This document shows, piece after piece, positions 25,575 through 34,623 of a stretch of 57,113 nucleotides of DNA. The position numbers were made by a program, and so were the translations under genes. Origin of the DNA: Candidatus Woesearchaeota archaeon (lineage in GTDB: Archaea; Nanobdellota; Nanobdellia; Woesearchaeales; CAXGTL01); the NCBI GenBank assembly GCA_964012725.1, contig CAXGTL010000001.1, positions 1 to 57,113 on the forward strand. Reading direction: 5' to 3'. Every line of letters begins with the position of its first letter. Position 1 is the first letter of the stretch. The notes under the pieces were generated by a model. That model searched no databases. It saw only the letters and a list, made by a program, of their open reading frames with translations, and was not told the origin of the DNA.

Positions 25575-25682
25575 TATGTATGGCGCCTGTTAAGGCCAGT
25601 GAGCACCCACGCAAGTTGTTATACTTCTGGGGCTTTCCATTCCATTATTCAGCACATGGAAAGTGCGAACGAGCCATACATA
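25575..25682 (+). ncRNA. candidate structured RNA, family B, copy 1 (strand tentative)
   Basis: UAUGUAUGG-CGCCUGUUAAGGCCAGUGAGCACCCACG...-CUUUCCAU..AUGGAAAG-UGCGAACGAG-CCAUACAUA. GC-enriched. Shares CGCC, GUGA(G/A)CACC, CUUUCCA/UGGAAAG and GUG(C/U)GAACGAG blocks with 27529-27642, while the closing helix differs in sequence. Confidence 0.45.
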
Positions 25683-25730
25683 GTTAAAAAAATCACAAGA
25701 TTTTTAAAACCTTTGCTTTTAAATGCACAT

Positions 25731-26444
25731 ATGAAACATATTTTAAAGAAAATATGGAACTTTTTATGGCATGAAGATGATATTGCCACATTTAAAGGAT
25801 TTCTAAGCTTATTAGCTAACTTAGCTATTGCGTTTATTATTATAAAATTCATATTTTATCCTGGTCTAGGATTTGCTTTAAACACAGACTATCCAATTGT
25901 AGGTGTTTTATCAGAAAGCATGGAACATCAACTAATTAACCCATGCACTCAATACAACCAGTTTGGTGAATGTGTTGCAAAAGATAAAAACCAGTATGAA
26001 TTATGCAATCAAAAGTATAGTAATTGGTTTTATGTTAATTATGAAACATTTTGGAAAGAATGTGGTCCTTGGTATGAAAACATAGATATAACTAAATCGG
26101 AATTTGAAAATTATAATCTTAAAAATGGTTTTTCAAAAGGTGATATGTTAATTATTTATGGATCTAAACCAGAAAATGTTAATCCTGGAGATATTATTGT
26201 GTTTGAAGGAAACAGAAGATACCCTATAATACACAGAGTTGTTAGAAAATATGAAGAAGAAGGAAATATTTATTATCAAACAAAAGGAGACCATAATAAA
26301 GATTCAATAAAAGATTTAAGTTTGAATGAAGAAAAAATAATCCATAATGAAAAGACTTTTAAAGGAAAAGCAATTTTCTGGATACCTTACTTAGGATATG
26401 TTAAGATTATACCAACTGAAATATATAAATTAATTATAAATTAA
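25731..26444 (+). CDS. archaeal-type signal peptidase I (S26B)
   Basis: Track 25539..26444, whose 5' part runs through the RNA island. Start placed at ATG 25731 (MKHILKK..., TM helix); ATG 25657 is an alternative. Catalytic boxes SESMEH and TKGDHN; GDIIVF; IIHRVV. Confidence 0.75.
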   Translation: MKHILKKIWNFLWHEDDIATFKGFLSLLANLAIAFIIIKFIFYPGLGFALNTDYPIVGVLSESMEHQLINPCTQYNQFGECVAKDKNQYELCNQKYSNWFYVNYETFWKECGPWYENIDITKSEFENYNLKNGFSKGDMLIIYGSKPENVNPGDIIVFEGNRRYPIIHRVVRKYEEEGNIYYQTKGDHNKDSIKDLSLNEEKIIHNEKTFKGKAIFWIPYLGYVKIIPTEIYKLIIN

Positions 26445-26470
26445 TAAAATGAATATAGGAGCGTGAAAAA

Positions 26471-26800
26471 ATGAGTATGCTATTTTGTCCAAAATGCGGT
26501 CATTTACTTGTACCCAAGCAAAAAGAAAGTAAAAAGATAATGCAATGTAACAATTGTAATTTTTCAACAAAAGAAGTTAAAAATGCAAAGATTTCTGAAA
26601 AAATGAAAACAGAACAAACACCAGCTGTTTCAGTTATTGATAAACAAGTTGAAGTAGACCCTTTAACAAAGGAAAAATGTCCAAAATGTAGTCATGATAA
26701 AGCATATTATACAATGGTTCAGACAAGAGCAGCAGATGAACCAGAAACAAAGTTCTTTAAATGCGAAAAGTGTAAACATCGATGGAGAGATTATAGCTAA
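26471..26800 (+). CDS. tfs: transcription factor S (TFS / RpoM-like)
   Basis: 109 aa. N-terminal zinc ribbon CPKCG..CNNC and C-terminal TFIIS-type ribbon CPKCSH..QTRAADEPET..CEKCKHRW. AGGAG upstream. Confidence 0.9.
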   Translation: MSMLFCPKCGHLLVPKQKESKKIMQCNNCNFSTKEVKNAKISEKMKTEQTPAVSVIDKQVEVDPLTKEKCPKCSHDKAYYTMVQTRAADEPETKFFKCEKCKHRWRDYS

Positions 26801-26802
26801 TC

Positions 26803-27390
26803 TCACCTTTTTATAAACCCAAACAGTTTCTTATTACCAACATCAAGAATTTTATCCAAGACTTTACTAAACTCAGACTTTAACACATCCACACTTTTAT
26901 CATTATTAACAACCATTAAATCTGACCTAGAGATAGCATCACCCAATCCCCAACCAAACTCTGTTCTTTCTCTGTACTCAAACTCATCAAAAGTCTGTGG
27001 ATCTGATGGTGAACATCTTTTTAACATTCGATTAAACCTAATTTTGGGTGAAGAATGAACACCAATTAAAATAAAATCATCACCATACTTTTTCTTAAAC
27101 AAATCTACTTCTTTCATGCCCCTAACACCATCTAAAGCAATAACTCCAACATCTTTATACTTTTCAATATGAGGTATACACTTTTTTGCAACAGCATCAT
27201 AACCATAAACCTTTCTAAGCCTTGTAGCATATTCACGGAGAGTAAGATTATCTATGACTTGGCCTTTTTTCACCATTTCTTCCCTTACAATCCTACTCAT
27301 CACAATAATTGGTATTGTTCTTTCTTCTATAACCATTCTTAAGATTTTTTTCCCAGAACAAGGCATTCCTGTGACTGCAATTATTTTCAT
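26803..27390 (-). CDS. P-loop nucleotide kinase, archaeal UPF0200/dephospho-CoA-kinase-like family
   Basis: Start at ATG 27390 (MKIIAVTGMPCSGK). Collinear with the UPF0200 family as I remember it (VYGYDAVAKKCIPHIE, ALDGVRGMKEVDLFKKKYGDDF). Confidence 0.7.
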   Translation of the reverse strand: MKIIAVTGMPCSGKKILRMVIEERTIPIIVMSRIVREEMVKKGQVIDNLTLREYATRLRKVYGYDAVAKKCIPHIEKYKDVGVIALDGVRGMKEVDLFKKKYGDDFILIGVHSSPKIRFNRMLKRCSPSDPQTFDEFEYRERTEFGWGLGDAISRSDLMVVNNDKSVDVLKSEFSKVLDKILDVGNKKLFGFIKR

Positions 27391-27528
27391 ATCAAAATAC
27401 AAAAATTCCCAATGTTTAAATACTTTTTCTTACACTTAACTAGGAGTGAAAACTAATATAGTTTTCTATTATACCCATTCTAAAATCATTAAATATATAA
27501 ACAACGAATTAAAAATAAATTATAACAA

Positions 27529-27642
27529 AGTATGTGGAAAGCGCCAATTGGCAAGTGAACACCTAGCACATGGTAACACTATCAGGACTTTCCATGTGAC
27601 TATGATTAAAATTGGAAAGTGTGAACGAGCTTTCCACATACT
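27529..27642 (+). ncRNA. candidate structured RNA, family B, copy 2 (strand tentative)
   Basis: 14-bp closing helix AGUAUGUGGAAAGC/GCUUUCCACAUACU; inner hairpin ACUUUCCA/UGGAAAGU; conserved GUGUGAACGAG. It ends 15 nt before the TTG start of the tmk-fusion gene, and the SD AGGGGU directly follows the helix. AT-rich TATA-like box about 30 nt upstream. Confidence 0.45.
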
Positions 27643-27657
27643 AAAGGGGTTAATAGA

Positions 27658-28968
27658 TTGACAAATGAAATAAGACAATTATTTGCAGACTTTCCACAAA
27701 ACAAAGATACTTCTCTATTCATGGTTTTTGAAGGCTTAGATGGAGCTGGCAAAGGTTTATTCATGGGTAAAATTCAACACTTCATTTTCACATATGTCAA
27801 AATTTGCTCTGCATTACTAGGAACAAGAGAACCAACATATGGTGGTTTTGGATATAAACAAAGAATAATGCTTGCAACTGATAAAAATCCTGATTCTAAA
27901 AAAGAAGAATGTATTAAAAATTATATCAATGATAGAAAAGCTCATCAAAGGGAAATAAAAACAATATTAGAACCAAGTGATTCAAATCCTTTTGGTATAG
28001 TAATGTGTGATAGATATATGTTTTCTACTTTAGCTTTTCAAGTTGCACAAGAAGAATTAATTTATTTAAAAGAAAATAATAAAAAAATGAATTTTGAACA
28101 AAAACAAGAAATATTTAAAAAATTAATTATTCAGCATAGAGATCAAGATCCTAAAAAAGATGTATTATTTCCAGATGTCATATTTTTATTAGACGTTCCT
28201 GCAGAAGTTGCATTAAAAAGAAGTTCAGGAGATAGTTCAAGACAAGGTACTGAAAAATTTGATACAGTAACAATGCAAAGATTAGTTAGAAAAAATTATT
28301 TATATTTAGCAAGTCAATGTGATAATTGTGTTGTAGTTAACTCACACTTACCACCTGAACAAATGTTTCAGGATGCATTACAGTTTTTAGTTTATTATCT
28401 AGATAAAAAATGTCCAAAATATCTAAGATATTTATTAAAAAACATTGAAAAAGCGTTTCACAAAGAATCTTACCTTGATTTTATACAAAGAACTAAAGAA
28501 TCTTTAGAAACTAAAAAAAATTTTAATTTATTAAATCCAGAACAAAATTTAGTTAACCAAGTTATTATAGAAGTACATTTTAATTCACAAAATTTATATG
28601 AAAAAAGAGATTTATTTTTGAAAAATCTTAATGATGAATGGACACGTCTTAATGGAAAAGTTAATTATAATGAATTTGAAAAAGAGTCTGTACAAAGAAT
28701 AATTAAAACTAATTTAGGTTTAGAAATTGATGAAAATAAAATATTTATTGGACATAAAGTTTTCAAAATTAATAAAGATGTTAAATATGCACATTCTTAT
28801 CATGTAAATATTGATACAAAAGACATAAACTTAAACAAAGAAAAATACAAAGACTATGGTTGGTTTACAGATATTGATCAACCAAGGATTGCTGAGTTTG
28901 AAAAAACAACTCAGTTAAAGATTGATGGATTCTTAACAGAACTTAGAAAAAGTGTTGATAATGTTTAA
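27658..28968 (+). CDS. tmk: thymidylate kinase fused to a ~230-aa C-terminal domain of unknown function
   Basis: 436 aa. FEGLDGAGKG P-loop and DRYMFSTLAFQ. TTG start with AGGGGT at the same spacing as at 14741. The C-terminal half has a Nudix-box-like spacing, G-x5-E-x7-R-I-I-K-T-N-L-G-L, but lacks the catalytic Glu residues. Confidence 0.75.
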   Translation: MTNEIRQLFADFPQNKDTSLFMVFEGLDGAGKGLFMGKIQHFIFTYVKICSALLGTREPTYGGFGYKQRIMLATDKNPDSKKEECIKNYINDRKAHQREIKTILEPSDSNPFGIVMCDRYMFSTLAFQVAQEELIYLKENNKKMNFEQKQEIFKKLIIQHRDQDPKKDVLFPDVIFLLDVPAEVALKRSSGDSSRQGTEKFDTVTMQRLVRKNYLYLASQCDNCVVVNSHLPPEQMFQDALQFLVYYLDKKCPKYLRYLLKNIEKAFHKESYLDFIQRTKESLETKKNFNLLNPEQNLVNQVIIEVHFNSQNLYEKRDLFLKNLNDEWTRLNGKVNYNEFEKESVQRIIKTNLGLEIDENKIFIGHKVFKINKDVKYAHSYHVNIDTKDINLNKEKYKDYGWFTDIDQPRIAEFEKTTQLKIDGFLTELRKSVDNV

Positions 28969-29161
28969 AAAAACAACAAATTAAAAAAACAAACTAAAAT
29001 TTATTCATCAGATTCTTCTTTAGAATCATCTTTTGAACAGAAATCAAATAGCTTTTTACAACCACGTTGTGCTTCATAACTTATTTTTTTTTCTTGTTTT
29101 TCTTGAATTGTACTTCACCTCAATTTTTTACACAATCTATCCCAACTTTTTTCTCCCAAGG

Positions 29162-29262
29162 AAATGTCAAAAATTAAAAATTTTTGATCATGATCAGAAT
29201 TCAATGAGAAGTAAGTAATACTTTCATCATTCGTTAAAAAACGAATTGAATTCTGACATTAT
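29162..29262 (-). ncRNA. structured element homologous to the L7Ae leader module
   Basis: Plus strand: AATGTCAAAAAT-TAA-AAATTTTTGA TCATGA TCAGAATTCAAT[..]ATTGAATTCTGA CATT. Same junction as 20785-20847. The insert carries TTTCATCATTCGTT-AAAA-AACGAAT, giving AAUGAUGAAAG (box-C-like) on the minus strand. Strand tentative. Confidence 0.35.
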
Positions 29263-29416
29263 TTATGATTTTATAGAACCTAAATGATATATAAATAAGA
29301 TGGAAGTGTAAACTATATAATGAATTGAGATATTATTCTAAAGTGGTTGTCAAGAATATTATTATTAAGTAAGAAATAGTTTTTGTCATTTTTAAAAACA
29401 AAGAAAAAAATAAAAA

Positions 29417-29464
29417 CCCAAAAAAGTAAACTTTTGGGGCCCAAAAAATCTTTGATTTTTTGGG
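29417..29464 (-). terminator. two tandem hairpins plus T-run downstream of the acidic mini-ORF
   Basis: Minus-sense CCCAAAAAAUCAAAGAUUUUUUGGG and CCCCAAAAGUUUACUUUUUUGGG, followed by UUUUUAUUUUUUU. Confidence 0.55.
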
Positions 29465-29485
29465 AATTAAACAGAAATAAAGAAT

Positions 29486-29665
29486 TTATTCAGCTGCAGG
29501 TTCTTCTGCTTTTTCTTCTTCAGCAGGTGCTTCTTCTTCTTTTTTCTCTTCTTCTGCAGGTGCTTCAGCTGGTGCTTCTTCTGCAGGAGCTTCAGCTTCT
29601 GGAGCAGCCTCTTCTTTCTTTTCTTCTTCAGCAGGTGCTTCAGGTTGTTTTTCTTCTTCTTCCAT
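29486..29665 (-). CDS. 59-aa acidic low-complexity mini-protein (E/A/P/K only after Met, plus one Gln)
   Basis: My translation: MEEEEKQPEAPAEEEKKEEAAPEAEAPAEEAPAEAPAEEEKKEEEAPAEEEKAEEPAAE. GGAGGAATGATATAA directly precedes the ATG (29665-29663); TAA at 29486; terminator hairpins downstream. 26 of 27 nt are identical to the csp tail (CAACCTGAAGCACCTGCTGAAGAAGAA). Confidence 0.6.
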   Translation of the reverse strand: MEEEEKQPEAPAEEEKKEEAAPEAEAPAEEAPAEAPAEEEKKEEEAPAEEEKAEEPAAE

Positions 29666-29834
29666 TTATATCATTCCTCCATGTTATTAAACAATAAATA
29701 TACTCGAATAAACGAGAATTATTTGCTTAATATATAGAAATTACTAAATCATATAAAAGTGTTACTGTTATTCTTGTTAAATTATGTTAGAATTACGATT
29801 AATTTTGTTATTATTTATTATTCTTGTAAAATTT

Positions 29835-30335
29835 TTATTTCTTCTTCTGTAACAAAGAAGCAATACTATGTTGTTTTACTTTGCCTTTTTCAGCATCTAT
29901 TTTCATGTTAATGGTTTTAAATGATCTTGTGACAATTGTAATGTTCCAAACATTGCCTAGTTTTACTAATTTTTGTATTATGATAATTGTTTTCATACTA
30001 GATTCATTTGGATATTCTTTTTTTTGAAACTTGTCAACCAATTCAAGAACTTGTTCTACATTTAGTTTAACTTTTTTTATATCAATTGGAAGAACTTTTG
30101 CCCCTTTCTTCTTTAGAACTTTGTCTTCTCTAGAATCAACAAATTTACCTTGCTGCATTGCAAATGTTGTGATTGTATCTTTTTTATTATCATAATAGCC
30201 TAACTGCCAGTCACTTGGTAGTTGTGGGTCAATTGCTAGGAAACCATAGCTAAGTTTACAATGTTTATGAGCTTTTTTCCAATCTTTGAATGTTTTGTTT
30301 TTTTCAAGTGTTTGTAATGCGTTTTGAAAGTACAT
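29835..30335 (-). CDS. hypothetical protein
   Basis: ORF track, 166 aa. No motif recognised. Confidence 0.5.
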   Translation of the reverse strand: MYFQNALQTLEKNKTFKDWKKAHKHCKLSYGFLAIDPQLPSDWQLGYYDNKKDTITTFAMQQGKFVDSREDKVLKKKGAKVLPIDIKKVKLNVEQVLELVDKFQKKEYPNESSMKTIIIIQKLVKLGNVWNITIVTRSFKTINMKIDAEKGKVKQHSIASLLQKKK

Positions 30336-30366
30336 GGTATGATTTAAAATGCTTTAATATATAAAA

Positions 30367-31779
30367 CTATTTATCATATTTACCAAGAATTCCTCTTGCA
30401 GCTAATACACCAGTCACAGCTGCATTTACAATTCCTCCGCTTAAGCCGCAGCCGTCGCCTGCAAAGAAAAGGTTTTCTATGTTGGTTGATTCAAAACCTT
30501 TTGTGATAAAAGGTCTGATGTATCTGAATTTAATCTCTGGCCCATACAAAACCAAGTTGTAGCCTTGATTTAAACCAGGAATTATATTACTTAGTTTTTC
30601 AATTCCACCTATTATTCCGTCAAAAACTCTGTAACTAAATACTTTTGCCAAATCACCTAGTTCAACATCCTTTAAAGTTGGTTCAAAACTCAGCCTATCT
30701 AATCTATGCGGTCTTGATCTTCTAAATCTCTTGACATCAGCATACATCTGCATTATTGGTTTTCCAACACCTGCTGACCTAAACAAGTTAGCAATTGATG
30801 TTGTCCAATCATACATATTTGCTTGTGGTTCATCTAATGTTTCTGTATATAACAAAGCAAAATTAGTGTTTTTAGATTTTTTATCCTTTCTTGCATGACC
30901 ATTTACACCAACCAGACCTTCTAAACCAAATTCTTCACTATAATCTTCTTTTACAACAAAACCATTTGGATTAGTACAAAAAGTTCGTACTTGATCATCA
31001 TAATTATTTGTTCTTATTTTAAATTTAGGATCATAATCAATAACAATAATGTCTTCCATTATTTCTGCAGGTGTTTCTAACCTTACTCCTATGTCAAGAG
31101 GTGGATAGATATAATTTAGTTTATGCTTATTTGCTAATTGTGTATACCATGCTGCACCTGATCTTCCAGGTCCAAGTATTACATTTTTTGCTTTTATATG
31201 TTCTCCTTTTTTTGTTATCACACCTGTTACCTTTTCATCTTTAACAATAATATCTTCTACTTTTGTGTTTAATTTTATTTCTAAACCTTTATCTAGCAAA
31301 TCCTGTTTAAATCTTTGCATCAAACCAATCAACTTATCAGAACCAATGTGTCTTTTTCTTATAGGGATATATGTCATTTTAATAATTGCATCTTTTATCA
31401 ATTTTTTTGTCTGATCTTCATTACCAATAACTAATTCAAGTTCTTCTTCACTAAATTGTTGAAATGTTTTGTCAACATAATCAATTAATTCATTTGCTTG
31501 TTCCTTGCTAACATAACTTGTCAAATCAACACCAGACCTATAATCAAGGTTAAGTTTACCATCTGATAATCCTCCTGCACCACCAAAACCAGACATTATA
31601 TTGCATGGTTTGCATTTAGGACACTCAATAATATCCTCAAGAACACATACTCTATTACTAATATCTCTTCCTTTATCAATTAATAAGACTTCTAAACCTT
31701 TTTCAACTAGTTCTTTTGCTGCAAACAGTCCAGCAGGACCTGCACCTACAATTATAGTATTGTATTCTTTCATTATCAT
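30367..31779 (-). CDS. FAD-dependent oxidoreductase (COG2509-like)
   Basis: 470 aa. N-terminal dinucleotide fold IIVGAGPAGLFAAKEL and C-terminal FFAGDGCG. Confidence 0.7.
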   Translation of the reverse strand: MIMKEYNTIIVGAGPAGLFAAKELVEKGLEVLLIDKGRDISNRVCVLEDIIECPKCKPCNIMSGFGGAGGLSDGKLNLDYRSGVDLTSYVSKEQANELIDYVDKTFQQFSEEELELVIGNEDQTKKLIKDAIIKMTYIPIRKRHIGSDKLIGLMQRFKQDLLDKGLEIKLNTKVEDIIVKDEKVTGVITKKGEHIKAKNVILGPGRSGAAWYTQLANKHKLNYIYPPLDIGVRLETPAEIMEDIIVIDYDPKFKIRTNNYDDQVRTFCTNPNGFVVKEDYSEEFGLEGLVGVNGHARKDKKSKNTNFALLYTETLDEPQANMYDWTTSIANLFRSAGVGKPIMQMYADVKRFRRSRPHRLDRLSFEPTLKDVELGDLAKVFSYRVFDGIIGGIEKLSNIIPGLNQGYNLVLYGPEIKFRYIRPFITKGFESTNIENLFFAGDGCGLSGGIVNAAVTGVLAARGILGKYDK

Positions 31780-31824
31780 GACCCCTTATGTCAATTCTAT
31801 ATTTTTTTCAATATTACAATATCT

Positions 31825-33231
31825 CTATTCACACTCTTTTTTTGCTAGATCAACTAATTTAGAAGCTAAACCAATATAATTCTCAGGTTTTAAAATAAGT
31901 AATTCTTTTTTAACCTTTTCATCAACATCTAATCCTTGAATAAACTTTTTTAATTCATTCATTGTTAAGCTTTTTCCTCTTGTTAACTCTTTTAATTTTT
32001 CATAAGGTTTATCATAACCTTCTCTTCTTAAGATTGTTTGTATTGCTTCTGCAATCACAACAATATTAGAATTTAAATCTTTTAATAATTTATCTTTATT
32101 AATTTCAATCTTATCCAGACCGTTAATACAATTATTATATCCTAGCAAACAATGTCCAAAACTAACTCCTATATTCCTTTTAACAGATTTATCTGATAAA
32201 TCTCTTTGCATCCTAGATTTAGTTAATTTATCACTAAAAAACCCAAGCAATGAATTAGCCAACATTAAATTTGCTTCAGCGTTTTCAAAACTAATAGGAT
32301 TCACTTTATGAGGCATTGTTGAACTGCCAACTTCCTGTTTAATTATTTTCTGAGTAAAATAATCATAAGAAATATATCTCCACATATCTTGACACAAGTC
32401 AATCCAAATATTATTAATTCTTTTTACGCAATCAAACACAACTGCTAAACTATCTCCTGCCTCTATCTGTGTTGTTACTAGGTTTGGCTCCAAACCAAAA
32501 CCAGAAATAAAATCTTTACTAAAACCAATCCAATCAATATTAGGATAAGCGGTATGGTGTGCACTAAAATTGCCTGTAGTACCATTTAATTTTGCTTTTA
32601 TTTTTATTTTTTTAAGTTCTTTGATCTGATTATCCAGCCTATTCAAGAAAACAGCAATTTCCTTACCCATTGTAGTTGGTGATGCTGGCTGGCCATGTGT
32701 TCTTGCAAGCATTGCATCATTTTTATACTTAACTGCTTTCTTAACCAGATTTTGTTTTAGTTTTTCTAACTTATCTAAAAATATATCAGAAATAAATTCA
32801 TTTATCATCAAACCATAAGCAATATTATCAATATCTTCTGATGTAAGACTAAAATGAACAAGCTCATTATTAATTGATGCATTTTTTGAATCTTTTTCTT
32901 TTGACTCATTTTTCTTTAACTCACCCAATTTCTTTTTAATAAACAATTCAACAACCTTGACATCATGATTAACAATCTTTTCCTCTTCTTTGATAGCTTC
33001 AGCATCTTTTAATGTAAATTTTTCATAAAGCAATCTTAATTCTTTCTTATCTCTATCAACTAATTTATTGCCAATAACTTTATTCAGTTTAATAAAATAT
33101 TCAACTTCAACTTGTAATCTATACTTAAATAAAGCAAATTCAGAAAAATAATTACTCAGCTCTTTAACATGATCATAATATCTTCCATCTAAAGGTGATA
33201 TTGATTTTAGGTTGTCTGGCATTTTTGTCAC
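31825..33231 (-). CDS. purB: adenylosuccinate lyase
   Basis: 468 aa. Fumarate-lyase signature GSSTMPHKVNP. Confidence 0.9.
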   Translation of the reverse strand: MTKMPDNLKSISPLDGRYYDHVKELSNYFSEFALFKYRLQVEVEYFIKLNKVIGNKLVDRDKKELRLLYEKFTLKDAEAIKEEEKIVNHDVKVVELFIKKKLGELKKNESKEKDSKNASINNELVHFSLTSEDIDNIAYGLMINEFISDIFLDKLEKLKQNLVKKAVKYKNDAMLARTHGQPASPTTMGKEIAVFLNRLDNQIKELKKIKIKAKLNGTTGNFSAHHTAYPNIDWIGFSKDFISGFGLEPNLVTTQIEAGDSLAVVFDCVKRINNIWIDLCQDMWRYISYDYFTQKIIKQEVGSSTMPHKVNPISFENAEANLMLANSLLGFFSDKLTKSRMQRDLSDKSVKRNIGVSFGHCLLGYNNCINGLDKIEINKDKLLKDLNSNIVVIAEAIQTILRREGYDKPYEKLKELTRGKSLTMNELKKFIQGLDVDEKVKKELLILKPENYIGLASKLVDLAKKECE

Positions 33232-33276
33232 TTTATTTTCTTACTTTTATTTTATTATTTCGTTTACTTTATTAGC

Positions 33277-34557
<1,281 letters not shown>

Positions 34558-34571
34558 TTAGAATATTGTTA

Positions 34572-34579
34572 TTTATAAA
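34572..34579 (-). promoter_or_regulatory. TATA box implying a leaderless purA mRNA
   Basis: TTTATAAA lies exactly 23 nt upstream of ATG 34548, with no SD. Confidence 0.45.
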
Positions 34580-34623
34580 TGTATTTATAGACTACAAAAT
34601 AGAGTTTGTATAATCTATGTAAT

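Noticed and set aside
25575-25682. Family B or the 16792 element as divergent 5S rRNA.
   Set aside because: Length and terminal helix fit, and short strings recall loop C (ACCCA..CGCAAGUUG). However, 10 unpaired nt lie between the last hairpin and helix I, no loop E signature is present, and the two copies are far too divergent from each other for rRNA.
27534-27637. The inverted (G/A/U)UGGAAAG / CUUUCCA(C/U) repeats as origin recognition boxes.
   Set aside because: The ORB core dyad TCCAGTGGAAA is not present. There is no orc1/cdc6 gene or AT-rich unwinding element arrangement nearby. The repeats are explained by RNA helices.
27446-27661. Track ORF of 71 aa running through family B copy 2.
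   Set aside because: The block conserved between the two family B copies falls in different reading frames in the two loci (GAA AGT GCG AAC GAG versus GGA AAG TGT GAA CGA). Conservation is therefore not at the protein level.
28990-29125. Minus-strand small ORF after a GAGGTGA site (IQEKQEKKISYEAQRGCKKLFDFCSKDDSKEESDE).
   Set aside because: The open frame has no ATG, GTG or TTG after the SD. The only ATG-initiated frame (27 aa) has no SD. This is insufficient support.
29383-29697. Plus-strand 104-aa Leu-rich ORF.
   Set aside because: It is the antisense reading of the GAA/GCA-rich acidic mini-ORF. It has no SD, whereas the minus-strand ORF has GGAGG, a proper stop and terminator hairpins.
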